DNA of 64,000 nucleotides, from assembly GCA_045106415.1 (NCBI GenBank), contig JBGCEP010000010.1, forward strand, positions 64,001 to 128,000, given 5' to 3'. Positions 1 to 9,923 of the stretch are shown piece by piece (the first letter of the stretch is position 1; every line of letters starts with the position of its first letter). The position numbers and the translations under genes were made by a program. The DNA comes from Oligoflexales bacterium (GTDB lineage: Bacteria; Bdellovibrionota_B; Oligoflexia; Oligoflexales; Bog-1112). The notes beneath the pieces are model-generated. The model searched no databases. It saw only the letters and a program-made list of their open reading frames with translations, and had not been told where the DNA came from.

Positions 1-709
1 TGTCATGCTTCAGGGTGGAACAGGGATTCTTAGAGAAAAGCCATTTGCCACTGATCTTTTAAAGATCATTAGGAAAGAAACAAATATTAAAGATGTTTTT
101 TGTGAAAATGATGCAAACTGTTTTGTGCTGGCGGAAGCGATAACAGGTGCTGGTAAAGGTTTAGGCTCAGGCCTCGGAGTCATTCTAGGAACCGGTGTTG
201 GTGGTGGGTATTACGATGGAAACCATTTACTTCGCGGTGCAAGAGGCTGTGCGGCTGAAGTCGGTCATATGATTCTTATGCCTGGCGGGAGACCTTGTTT
301 TTGCTCGAAACGAGGATGTGCTGAGCAGTATCTTTCAGGGCCGGGTGTTGAATCTTCTTATCCTATGTATTCTCAAATACATAAGCGCCCAGATGCATCG
401 GAAATTTTTTTGATGGCAGGCAGAGGGGAGCCTGGGGCGTTAGCTGTTGTTGAAGAATATCGCAAAAACTTAGCCGACTTTCTCGCAAATATGACAAATC
501 TTTATGACCCTCATTATATCGTGCTAGGGGGAGGGATGAGTCGTGAAGAAATCATTTATCAAGGTCTCGAAGATCGTGTCGCACGCCGAGGCTATTTAAA
601 AATATCACCGAAAATTATGCAGCACTCCCTTGGGGATTCAGCGGGAGTTATCGGAGCAGCGCTGCTACCTCTTCATGGTGGTGGCCCTGCCAGTCGTGTT
701 TCCAGCTGA
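1..709 (+). CDS. ROK family sugar kinase (fructokinase-like), 5'-truncated by window edge
   Basis: ENDANC, ILGTGVGGG, AEVGH and CxCxxxGCxE zinc motif; IVLGGG; N-terminal part missing. Confidence 0.9.
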   Translation, partial: VMLQGGTGILREKPFATDLLKIIRKETNIKDVFCENDANCFVLAEAITGAGKGLGSGLGVILGTGVGGGYYDGNHLLRGARGCAAEVGHMILMPGGRPCFCSKRGCAEQYLSGPGVESSYPMYSQIHKRPDASEIFLMAGRGEPGALAVVEEYRKNLADFLANMTNLYDPHYIVLGGGMSREEIIYQGLEDRVARRGYLKISPKIMQHSLGDSAGVIGAALLPLHGGGPASRVSS

Positions 710-1514
710 CCTGTCCTGACAATAAAAAATCGCAGGCACCCTGGGTGAGAGGGTTGTTTCTTATTAAAACGATTTTCAGGTTTGGCGCTGTGGGCCAAGC
801 CTGAAAATCGTGAATTTGATTGTGTCTTATGGAAAGATCGGTCAGCGCAGGGAATTCACAGCTCTTTTCAAAAGCTTTAATTTTATTATGGTTGAGCTCT
901 AAAACCTTGAGTTTAGGAAAAACCCCTTGGGGCCATTCTGAAGCCAAGTTTCCCTGCGCGTATAGATATTCGAGCTGTTGGCACTTCAGCAGAGGACTGA
1001 AATCTATAATGCTATTTCCTCGTAGGGATAGATTCTCAAGTGGTAGTCCCTCCAGTGGGCTTAAATCCTCAATAAAGTTATGGTTAAGATTTAAGTCTGT
1101 GAGCTTTTTTGCATGACGTAATGGAGCAATATCTCGGATTTGATTGCCCTGTAAAATACTACCCAGGTGAAGTGTCTGCAATTCAGGGAGGTTCTCGACA
1201 AAGCTAAGAGATTTTAAAGGGTTCCCTATGATTGTGAGATGAGTTATTTTTGGTGCGAAATTTAAGACCTCAAGGCTATAAATTTTTTTACGACGAATCA
1301 CGAGAGCGTCGAGAGTTTGGAGACCCGTATAAACCTTGTCAGTTGATGCTCGCTTATCAAGGTGAAGTGCTTTTAAGAGAACCTTTTCTCCTTCTGGGTG
1401 TTTTTGAGTCCATGTGTCATAGATTTTTTTGAATTTTAAGGGCGCCTGTTGGGCGTAAGTCGTTGTATGTGCAATGAATAAGAAAAAATATGTGAAAATA
1501 AACTGCTGAGTCAT
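648..1514 (-). CDS. Secreted leucine-rich-repeat (internalin-like) protein
   Basis: Signal-peptide-like N-terminus; repeated LxxLxLxxNxIxDxSPL units. Confidence 0.85.
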   Translation of the reverse strand: MTQQFIFTYFFLFIAHTTTYAQQAPLKFKKIYDTWTQKHPEGEKVLLKALHLDKRASTDKVYTGLQTLDALVIRRKKIYSLEVLNFAPKITHLTIIGNPLKSLSFVENLPELQTLHLGSILQGNQIRDIAPLRHAKKLTDLNLNHNFIEDLSPLEGLPLENLSLRGNSIIDFSPLLKCQQLEYLYAQGNLASEWPQGVFPKLKVLELNHNKIKAFEKSCEFPALTDLSIRHNQIHDFQAWPTAPNLKIVLIRNNPLTQGACDFLLSGQVSWKHDWQGHHHEEVAALLR

Positions 1515-1593
1515 GATTATCTGCTATGATTTTTGTGTTCAAATATTTTTTTGCATCTGCGTATGCAAATTTTATAAAAGATAGGGATTTTCC

Positions 1594-2130
1594 ATGTTCA
1601 TGTCAACACTTGGTGAGTGCTTGTTGGTCGCTATGCCGCGTTTGGAAGATAAAAATTTTCATCGCGCCGTTGTTTTGTTGCTGGAGCATGGGAGCCACGG
1701 TGCAATGGGGCTGACAATTAATCATCCTGGGTCGATGCAATTACATGAAGCTTTAGGGGATTCTGAGATTCCGAAAGGAATACCAACTTGGAAGGCAGGT
1801 CCCGTCGAGGAACATCGTGGTTTTGTTCTTCATAATCAATCAGAAAAACCATTTGAGTATGAGATATGGCCAGGTGTTTATCTGTCTTCGTCACAATCTG
1901 CGATAGGGCATATGGTGGAAGAAGAATCGCAAAGCGCCACAAAATACCCTTACAGGCTTTTGACTGGCTATGCTGGTTGGAATCCTGGGCAATTAGATAG
2001 TGAAATAGAGCATGGTTACTGGTGCTCAGTACCTTTGGATGCAAATTTACTTTTTAATACAGCGGCGCGTGAGATTTGGTCTCAATGTCTTCTGAAGGCT
2101 GGGATTTCTCCTGAAGGTTATGTGAATTGA
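1594..2130 (+). CDS. YqgE/AlgH family protein
   Basis: LLVAMP..F.RAVVLL.EH..GAMGL.IN; GPVE; GYAGW.PGQLDSEI. Confidence 0.93.
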   Translation: MFMSTLGECLLVAMPRLEDKNFHRAVVLLLEHGSHGAMGLTINHPGSMQLHEALGDSEIPKGIPTWKAGPVEEHRGFVLHNQSEKPFEYEIWPGVYLSSSQSAIGHMVEEESQSATKYPYRLLTGYAGWNPGQLDSEIEHGYWCSVPLDANLLFNTAAREIWSQCLLKAGISPEGYVN

Positions 2131-2995
2131 CTCGTTTTTTCCATCTGTTATGAAACCAGAAATATTGCTCAGGAGCTTTACGGATCATCTTTTCAACTTG
2201 ATGTTGAATATGCTGCGTTATTTGATTGTGCTCTTGTGCGGTGAGAGGTGGTTTTGGCATGAGAATAGGGTCCAAAAATTCAATTGTATGTCCCCCTGAT
2301 GGTTCGCGTTTTATCCATGCAGGAATTACAGGAGCAGGTTGTTTTTCCCAGATGTGCGTAAAACTTGTATTGGTTGGTGCTAAGGTATTAAAAAAAGGAA
2401 ACAGTGGAGAATTGGGCCGAGATTGATCTACAGCAAAGCCAACAATTTTATTACTTTTTAGAGCGGAGACTATTTTTTGGAAGCTTTCGCCCTTTTTTTT
2501 CTTATGGATCGGGAAAAAACCATTTTGAGTACGTCTTTCAAAAAGAAATCGGTCGAGTCCTTTGATGCCAATATTTTTAGCAATAATGTGAGCATCTGCG
2601 TATTCAGAAGTGATTTTAGACCCCATGACCTCCCAGTTTCCTAGGTGGCAACATAAAATATAAGCACCTTTTTTTTCTTGAAGTGCGTGCTCTAAAATAG
2701 ATCCGTTTTTTATAGCCACATGAGCGTGAAGTTCCCCTGCTCGAGTACCAAGAACTTCAAACAATGTCATCAGTGTATTGTAGGTCGATAGATAACCTGT
2801 TCGTAGGTGCCACTGATAGGTTTTTTCTGGGAATGCAATGACAAGATTTTTAAGAATGAGTTTGCGCCTAATGCGAAAAATATAGAAAGTAAGGAATGCT
2901 AAAAGATGAGCCAAACCACGGAGCCCAACTTTCGGTATGTGTGTAAGAAACCATGATAATGATTTTGAAAAAAGGTACATCAAGACACCTTTCAC
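2054..2995 (-). CDS. Lipid A lauroyl/palmitoleoyl acyltransferase (LpxL/LpxP family)
   Basis: CHLGNWE, AVDQ, PFF, PEQYFWFHNRWK motifs. Confidence 0.88.
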   Translation of the reverse strand: MKGVLMYLFSKSLSWFLTHIPKVGLRGLAHLLAFLTFYIFRIRRKLILKNLVIAFPEKTYQWHLRTGYLSTYNTLMTLFEVLGTRAGELHAHVAIKNGSILEHALQEKKGAYILCCHLGNWEVMGSKITSEYADAHIIAKNIGIKGLDRFLFERRTQNGFFPIHKKKKGESFQKIVSALKSNKIVGFAVDQSRPNSPLFPFFNTLAPTNTSFTHIWEKQPAPVIPAWIKREPSGGHTIEFLDPILMPKPPLTAQEHNQITQHIQHQVEKMIRKAPEQYFWFHNRWKKRVNSHNLQEKSQPSEDIETKSHAPLY

Positions 2996-3831
2996 ATTGC
3001 TGTTGGTTGTAGTTGTTTTGGATGCCAGTCTGTATCGGGCCAGTGTTGTTTAAAAAATTTATGAGGCAGATTGAGTTCTAAAGCGTATTCTGGACTTAAA
3101 CCAATGAGTCGTACGCTGAGAAAATGTTGAACCCATGGGCTTCCCTCAGTGAGAAGGTCTCTCCAAGGTCCATCTGCTATAATTTTTCCTTCATGTAAAA
3201 CGATGATGCGTGGAGCAAACCGAATCGCAATTTCAACATTGCTGGTCGCTACAATAAGGCTTGAATTGTCTTGAGATTGAGCGAGTTCATTAATCATATT
3301 TAAAATAATGGTCGAAGTGACAGGATCTAAGCCAGATGTTGGCTCATCAAACAGAGCGATCGTAGGTTCTGTTGCTAAAGCTCTGGCAATCCCAACTCGG
3401 CGTTTCATACCACCTGAGAGTTCATGAGGGTATAGAGAAGAAATTCGAGGTAATTTTATTGCTAAAAGAAGCTTTTGAATTTTTTCATGGATGGCTTCTG
3501 CGCTAAAATCTGTCATGTGCTTCATGGCAAAACTTAAATTTTCTTCTACGGTCATAAAGTCAAATAAACCACCCTGCTGGAAAGCCATGCCAACACTTTT
3601 TAAAATTTGCTCACGTTCATAAATTGAAGAGTGAGTCATAGATACATTCATAAGCTCGGTAGAACCCGAATCTGGTGAAACAAGGCCAAGAAGTATTTTT
3701 AAGAGCGTGCTTTTTCCACAACCGCCTGGGCCAACGAGAGCAGCTCTTTCACCAGCGTCAATTGTGAGAGAAACGTTGTCCAGAATATTTTGATTGTCAA
3801 AACTTTTGCTGACATCGCAAATACGGATCAT
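2992..3831 (-). CDS. MlaF/Mkl-type ABC transporter ATP-binding protein
   Basis: GPGGCGKS Walker A; FQQGGLFDFMTVEEN; ELSGGMKRRVGIARAL; DEPTSGLDPVTS. Confidence 0.88.
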   Translation of the reverse strand: MIRICDVSKSFDNQNILDNVSLTIDAGERAALVGPGGCGKSTLLKILLGLVSPDSGSTELMNVSMTHSSIYEREQILKSVGMAFQQGGLFDFMTVEENLSFAMKHMTDFSAEAIHEKIQKLLLAIKLPRISSLYPHELSGGMKRRVGIARALATEPTIALFDEPTSGLDPVTSTIILNMINELAQSQDNSSLIVATSNVEIAIRFAPRIIVLHEGKIIADGPWRDLLTEGSPWVQHFLSVRLIGLSPEYALELNLPHKFFKQHWPDTDWHPKQLQPTAM

Positions 3832-3988
3832 AATGTCCTTTCTAATCGTTCTCAGTATTGTAGTCGGTCTTCCCTTTTTGTGAAATAGAAACCTGAAGGT
3901 AAAAGAGGTTGTTATGATGAAGTGTAAAACATGAGAGACTTTTCAGCAGAATTAAACTAAGGTTGTTGTCGAAATTTGTGGGAATGTT

Positions 3989-5239
3989 ATGACGGAAAAA
4001 GAACATAAGCAAGGGTTGGAAATTTTATCTATTCTTGAGCAGCAAGGTTTTGAAGCGCGATTTGCGGGGGGCTGTGTCCGTGACTTTTATTTAGGTATTG
4101 CACCTTTGGATTATGATATTGCAACAACAGCAACTCCAGATCAAATTTTTGATGTTTTTCATAAAAAAGAAAATTATAGAGCTTTGCCTACAGGGATTGA
4201 GCATGGAACTGTAACTATTGTTTTTGATCGTAAAGCCTTTGAAGTGACCTCATTACGTGAAGACGTTCAAACAGATGGGCGGCATGCAAAAGTAGTTTTC
4301 GGTAAAAACTTTGAGAAAGACGCTGCTCGACGTGATTTTACAATGAATGCAATGTATCAAGATAGGCATGGAAATATATTTGATTTTCACCAAGGTAGGC
4401 GGGATTTAGATCAGCGAAAAATCCGATTTGTTGGAGATTGTGCTGTCCGTGTACAAGAAGATTATCTAAGGATTTTGAGATACTTCCGTTTTCAGGCTCG
4501 ATTAAGTTTATTAGGGGATGAAGAGACGTTAAGTACAATTCAACTGCATGCTGCTGGACTCCAATGTGTGAGCCGCGAAAGAATTTCTCAAGAAATAAAA
4601 GGATTTTTTCAAGTTGAAGATCTTAAGAATATTTTTATAGATATGAAAAACACCAAAGTTTTGAATGCTGTTTTTCCAAATGCAATGTGGGAACATGTTG
4701 ATATGGAAAAGGTAAATTGTTCATTAAGAAAATTAAATGGGTTTATAGAACGGTTGTGTTTTCTATGTATAGAGATTCCAGGTTTAAGCCCTCAAGATTT
4801 ATTTCATTCGTTAAAATTGACCAAGAAAAATTTAAAAAAATTAGAGGTTTGCTCTTACGGTTTTCAAGAAATGTTACGTGATTTAAGTGATGACCAAGCT
4901 CGGATTTTATTTTTGTGGGATACTCTAGAAAAAAAAGCAGGACCAGGTGTTGGTGTATTGGTGTTTCATATATTGAGATATACAGCGCAAACACAGAATC
5001 AACTTTCTTGGATCGACAAATCTTTACAAATTGAAAATATATGGAGTTATAAGAGGAAAAAAACATTACCATTATCTGGTGCTGATATTTCAGAAACATT
5101 AAATATTTATGGAAAAGAACTTGGTGATCTTCTTTTTTATCTGAGACAGCAGTTTTATGCTGACTCTTGGAGGAATGCGGATGAAGGCTTAGATTTTGCA
5201 AAAAAGTGGGTTGCTAGGTTAAAGAAGTCGCAGAATTGA
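3989..5239 (+). CDS. cca: CCA tRNA nucleotidyltransferase
   Basis: GGCVRD, DYDIAT, HGTV, RRDFTMNAM, EDYLRILR, SRERI. Confidence 0.88.
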   Translation: MTEKEHKQGLEILSILEQQGFEARFAGGCVRDFYLGIAPLDYDIATTATPDQIFDVFHKKENYRALPTGIEHGTVTIVFDRKAFEVTSLREDVQTDGRHAKVVFGKNFEKDAARRDFTMNAMYQDRHGNIFDFHQGRRDLDQRKIRFVGDCAVRVQEDYLRILRYFRFQARLSLLGDEETLSTIQLHAAGLQCVSRERISQEIKGFFQVEDLKNIFIDMKNTKVLNAVFPNAMWEHVDMEKVNCSLRKLNGFIERLCFLCIEIPGLSPQDLFHSLKLTKKNLKKLEVCSYGFQEMLRDLSDDQARILFLWDTLEKKAGPGVGVLVFHILRYTAQTQNQLSWIDKSLQIENIWSYKRKKTLPLSGADISETLNIYGKELGDLLFYLRQQFYADSWRNADEGLDFAKKWVARLKKSQN

Positions 5240-5525
5240 GCCATTGCTGATAAGAAGAGTTGCACTCAGCTGTTAGAGTTGCAACACAAGGAACATCATA
5301 TGGATGATGTTCCTGTAACCACGCGCAGAGTTCAGAGTGTCTTTGATCTGTTGTCTTTAACCAGAGAATGACTTCTTGAGTTTGTTCTATTTTCTGGTTC
5401 CATTGGTATAGAGATGTAACAGGGAGTGTAAGTTGGCAACATCCTGCTAAACTTTGTGAGAGAATCGTGTGAGCTGCTTTTTTAGCTGACGCTTCATCTG
5501 GGTACGGGACATAGATAATTTTCAT
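5214..5525 (-). CDS. cutA: Divalent-cation tolerance protein CutA
   Basis: LAGC, SLYQW, LKT, HPYDVPC. Confidence 0.93.
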   Translation of the reverse strand: MKIIYVPYPDEASAKKAAHTILSQSLAGCCQLTLPVTSLYQWNQKIEQTQEVILWLKTTDQRHSELCAWLQEHHPYDVPCVATLTAECNSSYQQWLNSATSLT

Positions 5526-5620
5526 TATGAGTCTTTTAATAGATGGTGAAGTGTTTTAAAAAATCTGTTTCATTTACTTAGTATGATATCACTTTATGTT
5601 TTTTATAGGGGAGAGTTGTT

Positions 5621-6073
5621 GTGTCGAAAGAAAAAAAATATAGGCCATGTGTTGTTGCTGTGATTCGTGATGCTGGTGGGTTAGTATTAGTTGGTGAACG
5701 TAAAGATGCCCCAGGTTGTTGGCAACTACCTCAAGGTGGTGTAGATCATGATGAAAATACACAGACAGCTCTTTGTCGCGAGGTTTTGGAAGAGACAGCG
5801 TGTAAGGTGAATAATATTTTGTTCCAGTCAGAAAAATTATATAAATATGATTTCCCTGAACATTTTAAAGCTCGTATTGCTCAAGATTGGGTGGGGCAAG
5901 AGCAAACTTGGTTTGTGTGTACTGTCTTAGGAGAGCCAGATGCCGAAAAAGCTCAAGATCAAGAATTTGCTGGTTTTCAATGGATGAATCCTCAAGATGT
6001 TCAAGATCAAATTGTCGAGTTTAAACGTAACGTTTACCGAGAGGCTTTTGCAGACATTTCTGATTACTTATGA
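5621..6073 (+). CDS. rppH: RNA pyrophosphohydrolase RppH-like NUDIX hydrolase
   Basis: YRPCV, WQLPQGG, REVLEET Nudix box, GQEQTWF, FKRNVY. Confidence 0.85.
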   Translation: MSKEKKYRPCVVAVIRDAGGLVLVGERKDAPGCWQLPQGGVDHDENTQTALCREVLEETACKVNNILFQSEKLYKYDFPEHFKARIAQDWVGQEQTWFVCTVLGEPDAEKAQDQEFAGFQWMNPQDVQDQIVEFKRNVYREAFADISDYL

Positions 6074-6400
6074 AAAAGATAAAAGAATTTCTTTTAAGCT
6101 TTGTGCCCCTTGTAGTGCTGGATAAATTTTATCAAGCTTGTGCTTTGGTAGCATCGACCCAAGGTCTGTACAGGTGATTTCTCCTTTTTCAGCTTTATAG
6201 AAGAGAACTCTTACGGTAGTCTCTTGAGTGTTAGCTGGTATTCGGAAAGCTGCATGGAGATTGTGGTGAGTTTTATGAAGCTCTTGCACAATATGATGAG
6301 TAGCTTCATGAATATCCTCGGAAGATCCCTCCTCTGAAGAAGTTGACCAAGCATCATTTCCAAGACGAGTTTTATAACAAAAAGATAATTTTATAGGCAT
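6068..6400 (-). CDS. Hypothetical protein
   Basis: 110-aa ORF with ATG and GGTGG RBS-like sequence; fills the gap; no recognisable motif. Confidence 0.6.
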   Translation of the reverse strand: MPIKLSFCYKTRLGNDAWSTSSEEGSSEDIHEATHHIVQELHKTHHNLHAAFRIPANTQETTVRVLFYKAEKGEITCTDLGSMLPKHKLDKIYPALQGAQSLKEILLSFS

Positions 6401-6564
6401 TGATCCACCGTATCATGACAAATTTAATTTTAGTTTATGGGCAATAGAAAGAATCTTTAAAGTGGGTTTTTTGCCTTGTCATTTGGCTGGAGAGTAAACT
6501 CAAGTTTTCTTTTTAGCCAACTGCGCGCTAAAGTATAAAAAGACCACATATAGGAGCGTGATTT

Positions 6565-7326
6565 ATGGAGCTAAAATTTTTAGAAGAACTCCTTCATGAT
6601 ACCTCTAAGCTTCTCAAAGATTCTTTTGGTGGGAGGTATAAGGTCCAAGTTAAGAAGGATCATACCCTCGTGACCGATGTTGATTTGAAGTCGGATCGCT
6701 TTGTCCGAAATGTCTTAGGAAAAAACTTCCCGGATGATGAAATTATGACCGAAGAGGCAGACTTCCTTTCAGACAGAGAGGAGGGCCGAGGTGTGTGGAT
6801 TGTCGACCCCTTGGACGGTACAAGCAACTTTGCTCATGGCTATCCTTTTTTTTGTGTCTCAATTGCTAAAGGATTCTTTGACTCTAGAGGTCATATTCAT
6901 GTTCTTTTCGGTGGGGTTGCAAATCCTTTGTCTGGGGAAATATTTATTGGAGCTAGGGGGCAAGGTGCCTTTTTGGGTGACGAACGTCTTAGTGTTCGCT
7001 CTGAGCCTCTGGAATCGAATCTTTTTTGTGCTATGAGTGATTTTGAGGGTGAAGGTTTGGATGCTATGAAAGCAGGGTGGAGTTTCCGAAAAGATGGAGC
7101 TATTGCTTTAGACCTTGCTCTTGTAAGTCGGGGTACTTTTGATGGTTTTTGGGGGCGGTCTTTGAAACCTTGGGATATTGCAGCAGGGGCTCTTCTCATA
7201 TCTGAAGCGGGAGGAGTCGTTCGCAGCATGGAAGTAGAAGAAACCTTTCATATTGAGTGTGGCAGTTTGCTGTGTGGGGCTCCTCAAGGGGTTGGAGAAA
7301 TCAGTCAATATTTTGGTCTTACGTAG
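6565..7326 (+). CDS. suhB: Inositol monophosphatase family protein (SuhB-like)
   Basis: LVTDVD, TEE, WIVDPLDGTSNFAHG, WDIAAGALLISEAGG. Confidence 0.88.
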   Translation: MELKFLEELLHDTSKLLKDSFGGRYKVQVKKDHTLVTDVDLKSDRFVRNVLGKNFPDDEIMTEEADFLSDREEGRGVWIVDPLDGTSNFAHGYPFFCVSIAKGFFDSRGHIHVLFGGVANPLSGEIFIGARGQGAFLGDERLSVRSEPLESNLFCAMSDFEGEGLDAMKAGWSFRKDGAIALDLALVSRGTFDGFWGRSLKPWDIAAGALLISEAGGVVRSMEVEETFHIECGSLLCGAPQGVGEISQYFGLT

Positions 7327-7379
7327 TCGAATTGGCCAACTGGTCAGACAAAAGAAATTTGTTGTCAAATAAATCATGT

Positions 7380-7409
7380 AAGATGGATGTATCTATTCAT
7401 CTTTTTTTT
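7380..7409 (+). terminator. Probable intrinsic terminator after suhB
   Basis: AAGATGGAT...ATTCATCTT stem followed by a T-run. Confidence 0.55.
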
Positions 7410-7528
7410 CAATAACTTAAAAGAAAATATGAAGATTTCTGTACAAAGAAGACTTCAAACCTGTAATCTCACGACAATTTGGCCGTCAGAAGCCATGAAT
7501 CCTTAAAACTTTGCAACGGAGGCAAGGC

Positions 7529-9175
7529 ATGAGTAGGGAACACGAACCCGAGTTTAGTGTGGTACGTAATCTTTTGTGGCCCGTCCATAGGAGTGAGTTT
7601 CGAAAGTTCCTTCCTTTAGCGATAACAATCCTTGTTATAACTTTTAATTTTTCTATTCTTAAAACGATCAAAGATACAATCATCATCACAGCAGCTGGTT
7701 CTGAGGCGATTCCTTTTTTAAAATTATGGGTCATGCTTCCAGCTGCTTTTTTAGTAAGTATCTTACTAGGGTGGTGCTCCACCCGTTTTAGTCGTAAGAA
7801 AACCTTTATTTCTGCCCAGCTTTTTTTCATAGGGTTCTTTTTATTTTTCTCAACTGTTTTATTCCCAATGCGTGAATGGATTCACCCGCATGCTTGGGTT
7901 GCATCGTGGCGAGAAGTTTTACCCCAGGGGTTAGGGGGAATGCTTTCTCTGGTAGAGTATTGGTCTTATACGCTATTTTATCTCTTCGCAGAACTTTTTG
8001 GTGTTGTTATCTTATCTGTGATGTTCTGGGGATTTGTGAATCAGGTGACACAACTCCAACAAGCGAAGCGTTTTTATGGATTGCTTAACTTAGTTGGGAA
8101 CCTTCCTTGCGTATTGGCTCCTCTTGCTTTGAACTTTATGATTGATTGGATTTTGAAAAATCAGCAGGCTTCTCAAGAAGATCGTTGGGAAAGTGTAGTC
8201 AGTTCATCTGGGATTTTAGTCGCAAGCTTGGGCCTTGTAGGTGTTGTAAGCTACTGGTTTGCTGAAAAGTACGCAGAGCAAGAAGCAGCTTTAGAGACAT
8301 CTTCATCTTCTTCAAAAAAATCTCTTAAGAGTAAGAAACCTAAGGCCTCGTTGGTTGAAGGATTCCGTTTACTTGCGAGCGACTCATATGTTCGTAATAT
8401 TGGTATTCTCGTTCTAGCTTATAATATTGTAATCAATCTACTGGAAGTTGTTTGGAAAGAACAAGTCTCTCAGCTCTACCCCGATAAACTTGAATTCAGT
8501 ATGTATATGAATCAAGTCATGACAGCCACTGGCTTTGTTGGTATTTTTTGCGCGATGTTTCTAGGAACAGGTTTGGTGAGGCGATTTGGTTGGGCTATGA
8601 CAGCTTTCGCAACACCTTTTGTTATTGTGCTGACAGGTGTCCCATTTCTAGGGTGTGTCGTTTTTACGGAAGAGATGTCTGGTGTTGCAGATTATTTTGG
8701 GATGACAAGTCTGAGTCTTGCTGTGATGATGGGGGCAGGGCTAAGTGTGGTAAGTAAAGCTGTGAAATACTCCCTCTTTGATACATCAAAAGAACTCGCG
8801 TTTATCCCTATGGATGAACAAACTCGAGGATATAGCAAAGCTGCTATTGATGGTGTGTGCTCTCGAATTGGAAAATCAGGTGGCTCTGCAATTCTACAAA
8901 TTTGTTTCTTTGTGTTTGGTGGCATTGGAGCATCAACTCCAGCAGTGTTAATTGCTGTTCTTGTTCTTCTTGTGGGTTGGGGGAAATCGATTCTGGACTT
9001 AGGAGCTCAGTTTGATGAACGCTGTGATCTTTCAAATCATGATCAATCCGGTCCTTCTGGCTCACAGAATCCTCCAGCACAAAAGCCAACTAGAGTGATA
9101 GAAACGACGAAAAATCATGTAAACCGAAGTGCTGGAGCTGTGTGTGCTGGCCCTCAAATTGCGGCCACTATATAA
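7529..9175 (+). CDS. NTT/TLC family nucleotide transporter (ATP/ADP translocase type)
   Basis: LWPVH..E..KFLP, ILKTIKD, AGSEAIPFLKLW, FYLFAEL, FWGF.NQ, QAKRFY, INLLEVVWK, KYSLFD..KELAFIP, KAAIDGV..RIGKSGG; ATG 7529 after GGAGG. Confidence 0.95.
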   Translation: MSREHEPEFSVVRNLLWPVHRSEFRKFLPLAITILVITFNFSILKTIKDTIIITAAGSEAIPFLKLWVMLPAAFLVSILLGWCSTRFSRKKTFISAQLFFIGFFLFFSTVLFPMREWIHPHAWVASWREVLPQGLGGMLSLVEYWSYTLFYLFAELFGVVILSVMFWGFVNQVTQLQQAKRFYGLLNLVGNLPCVLAPLALNFMIDWILKNQQASQEDRWESVVSSSGILVASLGLVGVVSYWFAEKYAEQEAALETSSSSSKKSLKSKKPKASLVEGFRLLASDSYVRNIGILVLAYNIVINLLEVVWKEQVSQLYPDKLEFSMYMNQVMTATGFVGIFCAMFLGTGLVRRFGWAMTAFATPFVIVLTGVPFLGCVVFTEEMSGVADYFGMTSLSLAVMMGAGLSVVSKAVKYSLFDTSKELAFIPMDEQTRGYSKAAIDGVCSRIGKSGGSAILQICFFVFGGIGASTPAVLIAVLVLLVGWGKSILDLGAQFDERCDLSNHDQSGPSGSQNPPAQKPTRVIETTKNHVNRSAGAVCAGPQIAATI

Positions 9176-9869
9176 GAAGTTTTAAGTGGCCTGAAACCTC
9201 TGTGAAGTCTTTAGCTATAGCATGTCCGGTTTGATTGGGGACAGTCTTATCTTGAGCTCGAACAAGCTGTGTGGTGTGATAGCCTGCAGCTTTTGCTGCA
9301 TCCAGCTCCTCAGCTATGTCAGATAAAAATAAAATAAACTGAGGTTCTACACCTAAGTCTTTTGCTATATGTGTGTAAGATTGTGTTTCTTGCTTGTGAC
9401 CTGATGTTGTATCAAAATGAAAGCTTAAGAGTGAACTGAGATTTCCATGCTCAGTGTGTGAAAACAGTAGTTTTTGAGCTGCTATGGATCCTGATGAGTA
9501 GATGCCGATCTGTAATTGAGTTGACCATTCTTTTAAGTGTGGCACAACATCGAGGTAAACATGGCTTTGAAGTTCACCATTTTTGTAGCCCTCTTGCCAG
9601 ATGAGACCTTGGATTTGTTTGAGTGGTGTTATTTTTCTATCAGCTTTCATCCATTCTAAGAATGTTTTAATGACTTCGCCTGGGCTGGAGTTTGTCGGCA
9701 TTTCAGCTTCATCTCTAGCGTCTTGAAGGATTCGAATAACCTCAGGGTTGTGGAGGTTGTTCAGAATGAATTTTTGCATGTGATCTTTAGCGAAAGGGAA
9801 CAGTTTTTGGTGAACGTAGTCGATAGAGGTTGTTGTTCCCTCGATATCCATGAGGATTTTTTTTATCAT
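9168..9869 (-). CDS. mtnC: Enolase-phosphatase E1 (acireductone synthase), methionine salvage
   Basis: DIEGTTT, LFPFA, DRKITPLKQIQG.IW, YSSGSI.AQKLLF, LFLSD. Confidence 0.95.
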   Translation of the reverse strand: MIKKILMDIEGTTTSIDYVHQKLFPFAKDHMQKFILNNLHNPEVIRILQDARDEAEMPTNSSPGEVIKTFLEWMKADRKITPLKQIQGLIWQEGYKNGELQSHVYLDVVPHLKEWSTQLQIGIYSSGSIAAQKLLFSHTEHGNLSSLLSFHFDTTSGHKQETQSYTHIAKDLGVEPQFILFLSDIAEELDAAKAAGYHTTQLVRAQDKTVPNQTGHAIAKDFTEVSGHLKLLI

Positions 9870-9923
9870 TTTTTTGCCTTATGAAGAAGTGAAGTAAATT
9901 TTTATCTAAGTTTAATGTGGTGG

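Noticed and set aside
4743..5201. Antisense or off-frame ORFs in the track (e.g. 4743-5201, 11150-11572, 18578-19000, 29974-30519)
   Set aside because: Nested within well-supported genes, with no motifs or RBS
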